Shown here one piece after another: positions 8,095 to 15,871 of a stretch of DNA of 27,978 nucleotides; within the stretch, counting starts at the first letter, position 1; every line of letters begins with the position of its first letter. Under the pieces are notes generated by a model. The model saw nothing but the letters and a program-made list of their open reading frames with translations, searched no databases and was not told the DNA's origin. A program made the translations under genes and the position numbers. Origin of the DNA: Thermodesulfobacteriota bacterium (GTDB lineage Bacteria; Desulfobacterota_D; UBA1144; Nemesobacterales; N074bin48); NCBI GenBank assembly GCA_041572575.1, contig JBFFSH010000031.1, positions 1 through 27,978 of the forward strand, in the 5' to 3' direction.

Positions 8095-8858
8095 TGCTCT
8101 CTAAAAGAATTATTCCTTGCCTCGATGTAAAAGACGGAAGGGTCGTAAAGGGTGTAAATTTTGTAAACCTGCGTGATGCAGGAGATCCTGTGGAGATAGC
8201 CAAACAGTATTCCAAGGAAGGCGCAGACGAGATTACTTTCCTTGATATTACAGCATCTCATGAGGGAAGGAATATCATGATTGATGTAGTAAGGCAGACG
8301 GCAAGCGAGGTGTTTGTGCCTCTTACAGTGGGAGGTGGAGTAAGGACTCTTGACGATGTAAGAAATTTGCTCCTAGCGGGTGCAGATAAGGTGGCAATAA
8401 ATACAGCTGCCGTTAAGGACCCCGAATTTGTAAGACAGGCTGCCGAAAAATTTGGAAGTCAGTGCATTGTCGTGGCTATTGATGCGAGATCAAACGGGCA
8501 GGGCAGCTGGGAAGTCTATACGCATGGAGGCAGAAACCCCACGGGAATTGATGCCATAGAGTGGGCTAAAAAGATGGAAGATTATGGTGCTGGTGAAATT
8601 CTTCTTACAAGCATGGACAAGGACGGCACGAAAGAGGGGTATGATCTGGAGCTTACAAAAACGATCTCTGAGAACCTTATTATTCCCATAATAGCATCGG
8701 GCGGAGCCGGCAACCTTCAGCACCTTTGTGACGGGGTAAAAAAAGGAAAGGCCGATGCCGTGCTTGTGGCTTCAATCTTTCATTATGGCGAATACAAAAT
8801 ATCCGAGGCAAAAGATTTCATGGCCTCAGACGGAGTAGTAGTAAGAAACGTAAACTAA
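8094..8858 (+). CDS. hisF: Imidazole glycerol phosphate synthase cyclase subunit
   Basis: [53 protein letters not shown] overlap with hisA. Confidence 0.98.
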   Translation: MLSKRIIPCLDVKDGRVVKGVNFVNLRDAGDPVEIAKQYSKEGADEITFLDITASHEGRNIMIDVVRQTASEVFVPLTVGGGVRTLDDVRNLLLAGADKVAINTAAVKDPEFVRQAAEKFGSQCIVVAIDARSNGQGSWEVYTHGGRNPTGIDAIEWAKKMEDYGAGEILLTSMDKDGTKEGYDLELTKTISENLIIPIIASGGAGNLQHLCDGVKKGKADAVLVASIFHYGEYKISEAKDFMASDGVVVRNVN

Positions 8859-8859
8859 A

Positions 8860-9906
8860 TTGAATATAAGAAAAAGAACCGAAGAAATAGAAAGGCAGAC
8901 GCTGTCTTCTCATGCAACCCTGAGTGATGAGTCTAAAGGCAGGCAGAAGGCTGAAAAGCCCTGCAATATACGTACCTGTTTTCAAAGAGACCGGGACAGG
9001 ATCATTCATTCAAAATCATTCAGGCGTCTTAAGCACAAGACTCAGGTCTTTTTGGCGCCAACAAGTGATCATTACAGAACAAGACTAACACATGTGATTG
9101 AAGTATCCCAGATTGCAAGAACCATTGCCAGGTCGCTCAGATTGAATGAAGACCTTACCGAGGCAATCGCTCTTGGTCATGACCTTGGGCACACGCCGTT
9201 TGGTCATGCCGGTGAGCAGGTGCTAAATGAGATTCACCCCGGAGGTTTTAAGCATGTAATACACAGCCTTCGTGTGGTAGATGTTCTGGAAAAGGACGGC
9301 AAGGGGCTTAATTTGTCCTATGAAGTAAGAGACGGCATTGCAAAGCATTCAAAGGGCATGGGTTCGATAGATAATCCAAAGTACAGGCCGGAAACCATGG
9401 AGGGGCAGGTTGTAAGGGTATCTGATCTTGTGGCTTATGCCAATCACGACCTCGATGATGCGCTGAGGTCGGGAATTATTAAGCTTGGTGATGTTCCAAA
9501 TCAGGCTCTAAAGGTGCTTGGCAGAACAATTTCCAAAAGGGTTAATTCCATGGTTACCGATATTATTACTCAGACACAGAATCATTCAGACGGTAATGTG
9601 CACATAGGTGAAGAAGTAGAAGATGCTATCGTAAATTTGAGAAGTTATTTATTTGAAAATGTATATATGAATGAAACGGTTAAAAACAATTTTGTAAAAG
9701 CCGGCAAAATAATAAGGGAGCTCTACGAATATTTTTGTGCCAATCCAGAAAAACTCTGGGAGCTAAAAGAGAAGAAATATGTGTATGATAAAGATCACAA
9801 CCAGATAGTATGCGATTTTATAGCAGGCATGACAGATTCTTTTGCAATATCACTCTATGAAAAACTGTTTCTTCCAAAAAGATGGAGTGTGGAATTTTCT
9901 AAGTAA
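8860..9906 (+). CDS. dgt: Deoxyguanosinetriphosphate triphosphohydrolase (HD domain)
   Basis: FQRDRDRIIHS..FRRLKHKTQVF, RTRLTH, HDLGHTPFGHAGE, AY..HD.DD, DFIAGMTD. Confidence 0.95.
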   Translation: MNIRKRTEEIERQTLSSHATLSDESKGRQKAEKPCNIRTCFQRDRDRIIHSKSFRRLKHKTQVFLAPTSDHYRTRLTHVIEVSQIARTIARSLRLNEDLTEAIALGHDLGHTPFGHAGEQVLNEIHPGGFKHVIHSLRVVDVLEKDGKGLNLSYEVRDGIAKHSKGMGSIDNPKYRPETMEGQVVRVSDLVAYANHDLDDALRSGIIKLGDVPNQALKVLGRTISKRVNSMVTDIITQTQNHSDGNVHIGEEVEDAIVNLRSYLFENVYMNETVKNNFVKAGKIIRELYEYFCANPEKLWELKEKKYVYDKDHNQIVCDFIAGMTDSFAISLYEKLFLPKRWSVEFSK

Positions 9907-9909
9907 AAT

Positions 9910-10737
9910 ATGACTATGAAAAAAGTAACTCTTGGCACGGTTCCTTTCCTAAACTCCAAACCGCTTATATATCCTCTGGAACAAAATCTGATTGAGCACA
10001 ATATTGAAGTCTCTTACTTTATTCCATCGGAGCTTTCTTGCAAGCTTAAGAGCAGGGAAGTGGATATAGCGCTTATGCCCGTGGCCGAGCTTTTTAAAAA
10101 TCCCGAGCTTATGATATTTCCCGGAATTTCAATTTCATCTCTGGGCCCGGTGGAAAGCGTAGTGCTGCTGTCAAAAAAGAGTTTGGATGAAATTGGATCG
10201 GTTGCGCTTGATAAAAGATCTAGAAGCTCTTCAGCTCTTATAAAAATTATACTGGAGAAATTTTATAATATTTGCCCTCAGTACCATTACAGAGACATAG
10301 ACGAGGGATTCCTTGCAGATGTAGACTCGGGGATGCTAATAGGAAATGCGGGGCTTCATGCAAAATTTTACCCGCAGCAGGGGTTTACGGTTTATGACCT
10401 GGGGCAGCTTTGGACCGAACACACAGGTCTTCCTTTTGTGTATGCTGTATTTGCCTATCATAAAGATAATCAAGAAAAGATTAGTAGTGTTAGCAAAAGT
10501 ATTTTAGAATCAAAAGCAAGCGGGCAAAAATACATAGAGGAAATAATAAAAGACCAGGCGCCGAAGCTTGGACTTGAGCCGCAGGTTTGTTTTAACTATT
10601 TAACCAAAAGCATAAGATTTGACCTTGGCAAAAAAGAGATTGAGGGTATGAAATTGTTTGGTGAATATTTGCAGGAATATGATATAGATATACAAATCAC
10701 TAAAAATTCTAAGCTTTTTGAAAGCTTAAACATATAA
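9910..10737 (+). CDS. mqnA: Chorismate dehydratase (futalosine pathway)
   Basis: V.FLN..PL, G.V.SV, SRSS..L, LIG, DLG..W...TGLPFVYAV; adjacent to mqnD. Confidence 0.85.
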   Translation: MTMKKVTLGTVPFLNSKPLIYPLEQNLIEHNIEVSYFIPSELSCKLKSREVDIALMPVAELFKNPELMIFPGISISSLGPVESVVLLSKKSLDEIGSVALDKRSRSSSALIKIILEKFYNICPQYHYRDIDEGFLADVDSGMLIGNAGLHAKFYPQQGFTVYDLGQLWTEHTGLPFVYAVFAYHKDNQEKISSVSKSILESKASGQKYIEEIIKDQAPKLGLEPQVCFNYLTKSIRFDLGKKEIEGMKLFGEYLQEYDIDIQITKNSKLFESLNI

Positions 10738-10767
10738 ACATAATTAGACAAAAAGGAGATTGTACCA

Positions 10768-11601
10768 TTGAGCAAGCTAAAGATGAGACTAGGACACAGC
10801 CCCGACGCAGACGACGCATTTATGTTTTATGCAATGGCAAAAGGAAAAGTAGATTCACCGGACGTAGATTTTGAGCATGTGATTGAAGATATTCAGTCGC
10901 TTAACCAGAGGGCACTGAACAAGGAGTTAGAGGTAACAGCAATGTCGGTTCATGCCTACACGCATGTGCAGGACAACTACCGCATACTCTCATGCGGAGC
11001 AAGCATGGGCGAGGGGTATGGGCCTATAGTAGTTGCAAAGGAAAAATTAGACAGCCTACAAGGAAAGACAATCGCCGTCCCGGGAAAGCTTACTACAGCA
11101 TTTCTTTTACTTAATATATATGCAGAGGGATTTATCCCTGTGGAAATGCCTTTTGATAAGGTGATGGATGCGGTTGTAAACGGAGAAACTGACGCTGCGC
11201 TTGTAATACATGAGGGTCAGCTCACATACAAGGATTTTGATCTGGTTATGCTTTTTGATCTTGGAATTCTCTGGGAAAAAGATACATCACTTCCAATGCC
11301 TCTTGGAGTAAACACTATTAGCAGAGATATAGACGAGCCTCTAGCCAAAGAGATTCTCAGGCTTCATAAGGACAGCATCGTCTACGGCCTGGAGCATAAA
11401 GACGAGGCGCTTGAGTATGCAATGGAATACGGAAGAGGAATGGAGCTATCTGTAGGAGAAGAATTTGTGCTCATGTATGTAAACGATCTTACAGTAGACA
11501 TGGGAGACAAAGGCAGGCAAGCACTCGAACTTCTTTTTTCAAAGGCAAGAGAGAAGGGAATTGTTACCAAAGATGTTAAGCTCGATATTCTTGAGGGGTG
11601 A
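10768..11601 (+). CDS. mqnD: 1,4-dihydroxy-6-naphthoate synthase (MqnA/MqnD/SBP family)
   Basis: GHSPDADDAFMF, DIQSLN, GASMGEGYGP, PG.LTTA, IHEGQLTY, LPMPLG, MYVN; aaggag RBS with TTG start. Confidence 0.9.
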   Translation: MSKLKMRLGHSPDADDAFMFYAMAKGKVDSPDVDFEHVIEDIQSLNQRALNKELEVTAMSVHAYTHVQDNYRILSCGASMGEGYGPIVVAKEKLDSLQGKTIAVPGKLTTAFLLLNIYAEGFIPVEMPFDKVMDAVVNGETDAALVIHEGQLTYKDFDLVMLFDLGILWEKDTSLPMPLGVNTISRDIDEPLAKEILRLHKDSIVYGLEHKDEALEYAMEYGRGMELSVGEEFVLMYVNDLTVDMGDKGRQALELLFSKAREKGIVTKDVKLDILEG

Positions 11602-11637
11602 TTCTAACATAGGGGCAGGTATGTTATACTTTTTCAA

Positions 11638-12189
11638 ATGTTAACTACAGGCTTCTATTTAATAGTACCACATATAATAATTATATTTATCACTTTGTTC
11701 TTGGAGCTTCACTTAAGCAGTGGCTGGAATAGATTTTATTTCACAAAAGGAATAGCGTTATTTAAAAGATCTATCCCACTTGCTTATTCACCCAATCTAT
11801 CTTCCGAAACATTGAGCATGAATTTTAACAAGGAATCTTCTCATGCAATGGTATTTCATCAATTGTCACACGAGGAGATCGCCTTTAGAGAAGAGTATCA
11901 AAGTTTTCGATTATCAAGTATTACACCCGTAATACACGGATTAATTAAGTATAAGGAAGGCAATCTCGAAATAATCGGTTTACTAAACTGGTTTCCTATA
12001 GTTAGTTCATTGGTAGTAATTATTGTGCTAGTAGGAATTGCTTTTGATAAAGAATTCTTGATTGAGTTTAAGCTATCCTCCATTTTGTTTGCTACAGGAG
12101 CTGTAATGTTTTTCCGTGATCTATATGAAGATCAAAAAGTGAGGTACAGTAAAATCTACAGCGTACTTTTGGAACTTGCCAGAAACTAG
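11638..12189 (+). CDS. Hypothetical membrane protein (about 3 TM segments)
   Basis: 183-aa ORF with a hydrophobic N-terminal and two C-terminal segments. No family recognised. Confidence 0.6.
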   Translation: MLTTGFYLIVPHIIIIFITLFLELHLSSGWNRFYFTKGIALFKRSIPLAYSPNLSSETLSMNFNKESSHAMVFHQLSHEEIAFREEYQSFRLSSITPVIHGLIKYKEGNLEIIGLLNWFPIVSSLVVIIVLVGIAFDKEFLIEFKLSSILFATGAVMFFRDLYEDQKVRYSKIYSVLLELARN

Positions 12190-12222
12190 GCCAGACCATA
12201 AAAATATATTATGGCCTGGCCT
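12188..12222. terminator. Hairpin between convergent genes, probable bidirectional terminator
   Basis: aggccagaccataa (12188-12201) / ttatggcctggcct (12209-12222): 14-bp stem with one non-Watson-Crick position. Confidence 0.6.
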
Positions 12223-12246
12223 GGTTGTTAATTATTAAAACTGTTG

Positions 12247-12630
12247 TTAATCTTTAAATATCGTATAGACCTCGTTGTACTCACCGACTTCAAAACCAAT
12301 ACCTCCACCGCCGGTTATGGTGAGCCCAAGGTACTGCTGGCCAATAGTGTCAGGAGTGTAGTAACTGTACCATACGCCAGCACCGCCGCTATAAGTAGCT
12401 CCAACAGATGTTGCTATACCCTGTGAAGGGCCGGGAAGAGAGTCTAAATCACCGCGCCAAAGCCCTACTGCCACGCCAAGATCTGCGCCTGCGGCTATAC
12501 CTTTTGAAAAACCTGTACTGTTATATCCCTTGAAATTAGCGGGATTATAAACATCAATTGCTATTCCAAATTCTGTGTTTGCACCTAAAATAAGCTGTAC
12601 ATCACCGCCTAGACCCACTGTAATCGATCT
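12247..12630 (-). CDS. Gly-rich beta-type C-terminal domain, in-frame continuation of 12631..14037 beyond a TAG
   Basis: Minus strand reads GCA GAA TAG AGA TCG ATT ACA GTG GGT..., the same frame as the upstream ORF. No RBS before the GTG at 12618. Confidence 0.6.
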   Translation of the reverse strand, partial: RSITVGLGGDVQLILGANTEFGIAIDVYNPANFKGYNSTGFSKGIAAGADLGVAVGLWRGDLDSLPGPSQGIATSVGATYSGGAGVWYSYYTPDTIGQQYLGLTITGGGGIGFEVGEYNEVYTIFKD

Positions 12631-14037
12631 CTATTCTGCTTCTCTGGCTGCCTGAAGCAGATCCTGATAACTGTCCAGACCCTGAAGATGCTGCCAGGCA
12701 GAATTCCAGTTCTTGTCTTTAAGTGCATGATATACTGCGAATGCGCCCTGGCCACGTTTTAAAACATCTTCTTTAAGGCGGTTCATATGATATGCAACCT
12801 TAGCTGCATCTACTGAGTCTTTTGCAGCTTCTTTTGCAATATCAAACTTCTGGCCGCATACCTTGGTTCTTGAAAAGCCGAATATATTTGCAAAGGGGTT
12901 CTTTTCGGGTGGAAGATTTGCTGCAACAAGCGGCCCGTCGCATTTATACTTTTTTTCAACCTTACATACAAGAGTATCTGCCCCTGCCGCGTGAATACGT
13001 TTATATCCTTTGGGACATACCATACATGTACCGCCGTCTTTGGCGATATGAAACTGTCCAGCCGGGCAACCCCAAACTGATCTTACAAACGTAGCTTTGG
13101 AATAAGGCCCCTTAAAAAGCTTCTTTGTACATGCTTTTTTAGAAGTTATGAAATTGGCCGTTCTTTTATAATCCTTAGGACACGACCAGCACTCTCCGCC
13201 GTTTCTTGGTGAAAAATGCAGATTTTTTCCCGGGCAGCCAAGTTTTGCTGCTTTTCCTACTTTATATGCAGGTTTAGTCGTACATATTTTCTGTCCATCA
13301 CCACCGCAGTCCGGTGTAATGTCTCCCGGTATAACGATTGGTTTTGGTTTAGGAAGAGGCTTTGGTTTGGGTATAGGCTGTATACCAGGTTTATCTACCG
13401 GAGGCCCGGGAAGTATAGGATCAACAATTGGGTCGTCGCCCGGCGGTCCAGGATCATACCCTGGTGGGTCTGGGTCATATCCGGGTGGAGCAGGATCGTA
13501 ACCCGGTGGGGCTGGGTCATATCCCGGAGGAGATGTATCATAATCATCGGGCAGATCTAGTCCTGCCTTACTCATCTCCGATATATACCAATCCTTGTTA
13601 TCAAGTGTAATTGGAATAAGTTTAAAATTTGCAGGGCCTAAAGGTCCTTTAACATTTGCTTGGATATCTCCCCCGTCTACAACCTCCCATTTTGAAGGCC
13701 CCCCAACGGGAAGGTCATAACCCTCATATTTGCTGGCAGCTACTGGCTTTATATCTTTTGTAGTTACCATGCCGGGCTCGATCTTTAGCACAAACATGTG
13801 TACCCAGGATTCCAGAGCATATGCCCTTCCTTCTTGAACCCTTATTTTTTTCCCAAGAGGTGATACCAGCCACACGCCGTCTATGGGCATGGGCTTTGTT
13901 GTGGGCACATCTGATTTATTGGGCAGAAATGCCGGTATTTGTGCTATCTGTTCTTTGGCTTGTAATGAAAATCCACTTGTAATTATAAGCAGTAAGAGAG
14001 TGAACACAGTAAAGCTATTCCAATATTTCTTAATCAT
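12631..14037 (-). CDS. Secreted multidomain protein: signal peptide, N-domain, PPGYDP repeats, Pro/Lys linker, Cys-rich repeats
   Basis: Signal peptide (...SLQA-KE), aggagg RBS (14044-14049), 12 Cys clustered after the linker. Ends at a TAG followed by an open frame. Confidence 0.8.
   Translation of the reverse strand: MIKKYWNSFTVFTLLLLIITSGFSLQAKEQIAQIPAFLPNKSDVPTTKPMPIDGVWLVSPLGKKIRVQEGRAYALESWVHMFVLKIEPGMVTTKDIKPVAASKYEGYDLPVGGPSKWEVVDGGDIQANVKGPLGPANFKLIPITLDNKDWYISEMSKAGLDLPDDYDTSPPGYDPAPPGYDPAPPGYDPDPPGYDPGPPGDDPIVDPILPGPPVDKPGIQPIPKPKPLPKPKPIVIPGDITPDCGGDGQKICTTKPAYKVGKAAKLGCPGKNLHFSPRNGGECWSCPKDYKRTANFITSKKACTKKLFKGPYSKATFVRSVWGCPAGQFHIAKDGGTCMVCPKGYKRIHAAGADTLVCKVEKKYKCDGPLVAANLPPEKNPFANIFGFSRTKVCGQKFDIAKEAAKDSVDAAKVAYHMNRLKEDVLKRGQGAFAVYHALKDKNWNSAWQHLQGLDSYQDLLQAAREAE
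13426..13530 (-). repeat. 21-bp coding tandem repeat, about 5 units (PPGYDP[A/D/G] x4 + PPGDDP)
   Basis: Protein PPGYDPAPPGYDPAPPGYDPDPPGYDPGPPGDDP. DNA units differ mainly at third codon positions. Confidence 0.9.
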
Positions 14038-14153
14038 CTACATCCTCCTATTCAGATAAATTGCTGATTTGTTTAAACTGATAAAAATCTATTAAGATAC
14101 AACTTATATAAATTTATTGTACGAATATAGTTTGCCAGTTAAATCGCGTAACG

Positions 14154-14182
14154 ATTGTAACAAATTTGCTTGCAATTCTCAA
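14154..14182 (-). promoter_or_regulatory. Putative sigma70 promoter for the Cys-rich protein gene
   Basis: Minus strand TTGAGA-N17-TACAAT with an extended TG. Confidence 0.5.
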
Positions 14183-14243
14183 CGGAATTTTATTATCAAA
14201 TAATCCTGGAATGCCTTTGCCGGTAGGTAGTTGTAGTATTATC

Positions 14244-14765
14244 CTAAAAATTCAAGATCACTTTCCAACCATCTTTCTCTTTAATAAGAGTATGATTGGA
14301 TTTGTAGTTGTGTAGCGGTAGTTTGTGCGTTTTATATTTTTCGGCTATATCTTTTTGTATGTCACTAAATGTTTTGCCTGTAGTGGCTGCTTTAAAGCCG
14401 GCATTTGCGATTTCCCTTGTAATGAATTCCAGGTTGACTGTTGTAGTATCAACACTGATTTTTGCATTATCACCGTCTATTTCCACGTTCTCTATTAAAT
14501 GAGTAGTGTTTTCAATGAATAGATCTGCAAGCTCTGAGTTCGAGTGTTTGCTTTTTTCGCTTACGTACTGTTCCAGTGATTTGTTCTTCTTGTTTGCCAA
14601 CGATAAAAAGGAATAGGCTTTTTTGTGATCACCAACTAGGTCAGCAGCCAGGAACTGCTTTAGCACATCTTCGGGTTTGTTCTGATCCAGTTTGTCACAA
14701 GATGTAAAAACACCGGATATAAAAATTGCAAGAATACATAAACATAATCTAAATCTATTCATCAC
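14244..14765 (-). CDS. Putative lipoprotein (NTF2-like, DUF4878-like)
   Basis: Lipobox FTS-C; P..V...FL.A...GD...AY..LS, IDGDNAKI.V, LIKEKDGWKV. Confidence 0.7.
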   Translation of the reverse strand: MMNRFRLCLCILAIFISGVFTSCDKLDQNKPEDVLKQFLAADLVGDHKKAYSFLSLANKKNKSLEQYVSEKSKHSNSELADLFIENTTHLIENVEIDGDNAKISVDTTTVNLEFITREIANAGFKAATTGKTFSDIQKDIAEKYKTHKLPLHNYKSNHTLIKEKDGWKVILNF

Positions 14766-14817
14766 TTGCTCCCTTTGTTTGAAACAATGTTAATTTTATA
14801 AATAGAATATTATCACT

Positions 14818-15864
14818 TTAGACTAACTTGCCAACACTTTCGATATATTCTGCAAGAACGCTTATCAATTTCTCAAAACTATTGCTGTCATTTTCCGGGT
14901 CTCTCAACTTGTAGTTTATCTCAATCTGCATGGATGAAATGGCAAGATTAGTGTTTGCAAATCTTGAAACTGTATGCTGCCTGTATGCAGGGAATACATC
15001 AGATCCACCTTGTCTCAAATTATTGTATTTTAATATATTTTCCAGACTATCCAGCAATGTATTGTTTCCATTTAAAAATTCACCGGTTTTTCCTATGCCC
15101 GGATAAATATCAAATCTCCTATAAGAACCGGTTCCATGAATATCCAGAACAAATTTGATATGATATTTTTTAACGACTTCGTTTATGTAATCTTTTAGTC
15201 GGGTTGACTCACAGTAATTGGAGTCAAATTCAGATGCGTATGTTGTATATAAAGAGTGAACACCTGAGATGGAATTGAGTATCACGCCAATTGCTCCGGT
15301 ATAATATTCCTGAGATTTTAACTTGCCCTCCCGCATGTGAGCTGTAGCGTGGGAGGATACCACGAGAATGGGTTTATCACCTTTAATATGAACAAATGAA
15401 CTAGCATCTGCAGGCGCAAACACTCTGTATCTTGTTGATTGTGCCTGCTCAAAGTATATAGCAAATTTTGATATATTCTCTTGAGTAATCGATTTATGTC
15501 TCCAGTTTCCTGATGATATATTGGAAAAAGAATTTCTTGAATTCTCTAACTTGCTTCCCATTTTATAAGTGAAGAATTTTTCTCCACTGCTTTCTATAAT
15601 TTTTCTTTCAAAAAGATCGCTCTTAGTTCCCTCTTCTGCATCAATCCTGCTTATTATTGATTCAATGTTTCTTCCTTCATAGAGATATAGCTCTCCAAAC
15701 AAGTTGTTTGTTTTGTCAGTGAAGTCTACAGCAGGATATCCCAGGCCAGTATCATACATAGTGCCTTTTGTTTCCAGAGTATTTATGAGTTTCCAGTCTG
15801 CAAGAAGATGATTTCTGGATTGTCCCTGAAGAAGAGTTCCGTAAACAAAAAGTTTATTTATCAA
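14818..15864 (-). CDS. Gamma-glutamylcyclotransferase domain fused to a Zn-amidase domain (N-formylglutamate amidohydrolase / gamma-PGA hydrolase-like)
   Basis: N-term LFVYGTL, YPAV, GELY, D..EG (GGCT/AIG2). C-term SSHA..E..T, LDIHG, QIEI. Confidence 0.75.
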   Translation of the reverse strand: MINKLFVYGTLLQGQSRNHLLADWKLINTLETKGTMYDTGLGYPAVDFTDKTNNLFGELYLYEGRNIESIISRIDAEEGTKSDLFERKIIESSGEKFFTYKMGSKLENSRNSFSNISSGNWRHKSITQENISKFAIYFEQAQSTRYRVFAPADASSFVHIKGDKPILVVSSHATAHMREGKLKSQEYYTGAIGVILNSISGVHSLYTTYASEFDSNYCESTRLKDYINEVVKKYHIKFVLDIHGTGSYRRFDIYPGIGKTGEFLNGNNTLLDSLENILKYNNLRQGGSDVFPAYRQHTVSRFANTNLAISSMQIEINYKLRDPENDSNSFEKLISVLAEYIESVGKLV

Positions 15865-15871
15865 CTTTTTT

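Noticed and set aside
13319..13501. + strand ORF with silk-like GSYPGG repeats
   Set aside because: Antisense shadow of the PPGYDP repeat. The minus-strand gene has the RBS, signal peptide and long frame.
13426..13530. CRISPR-like periodicity
   Set aside because: Contiguous 21-bp coding units without spacers, and no cas genes in the window.
12247..14037. Genome-wide TAG reassignment as the explanation of the split gene
   Set aside because: Several well-defined genes here end at TAG at their expected C-termini (porin-like 3319, YbhB 3340, CBS 18084).
14038..14243. Riboswitch (GGCAAA, c-di-GMP-like) or sigma54 site upstream of the Cys-rich gene
   Set aside because: No supporting stems or second conserved motif, and no correctly spaced -12 TTGC.
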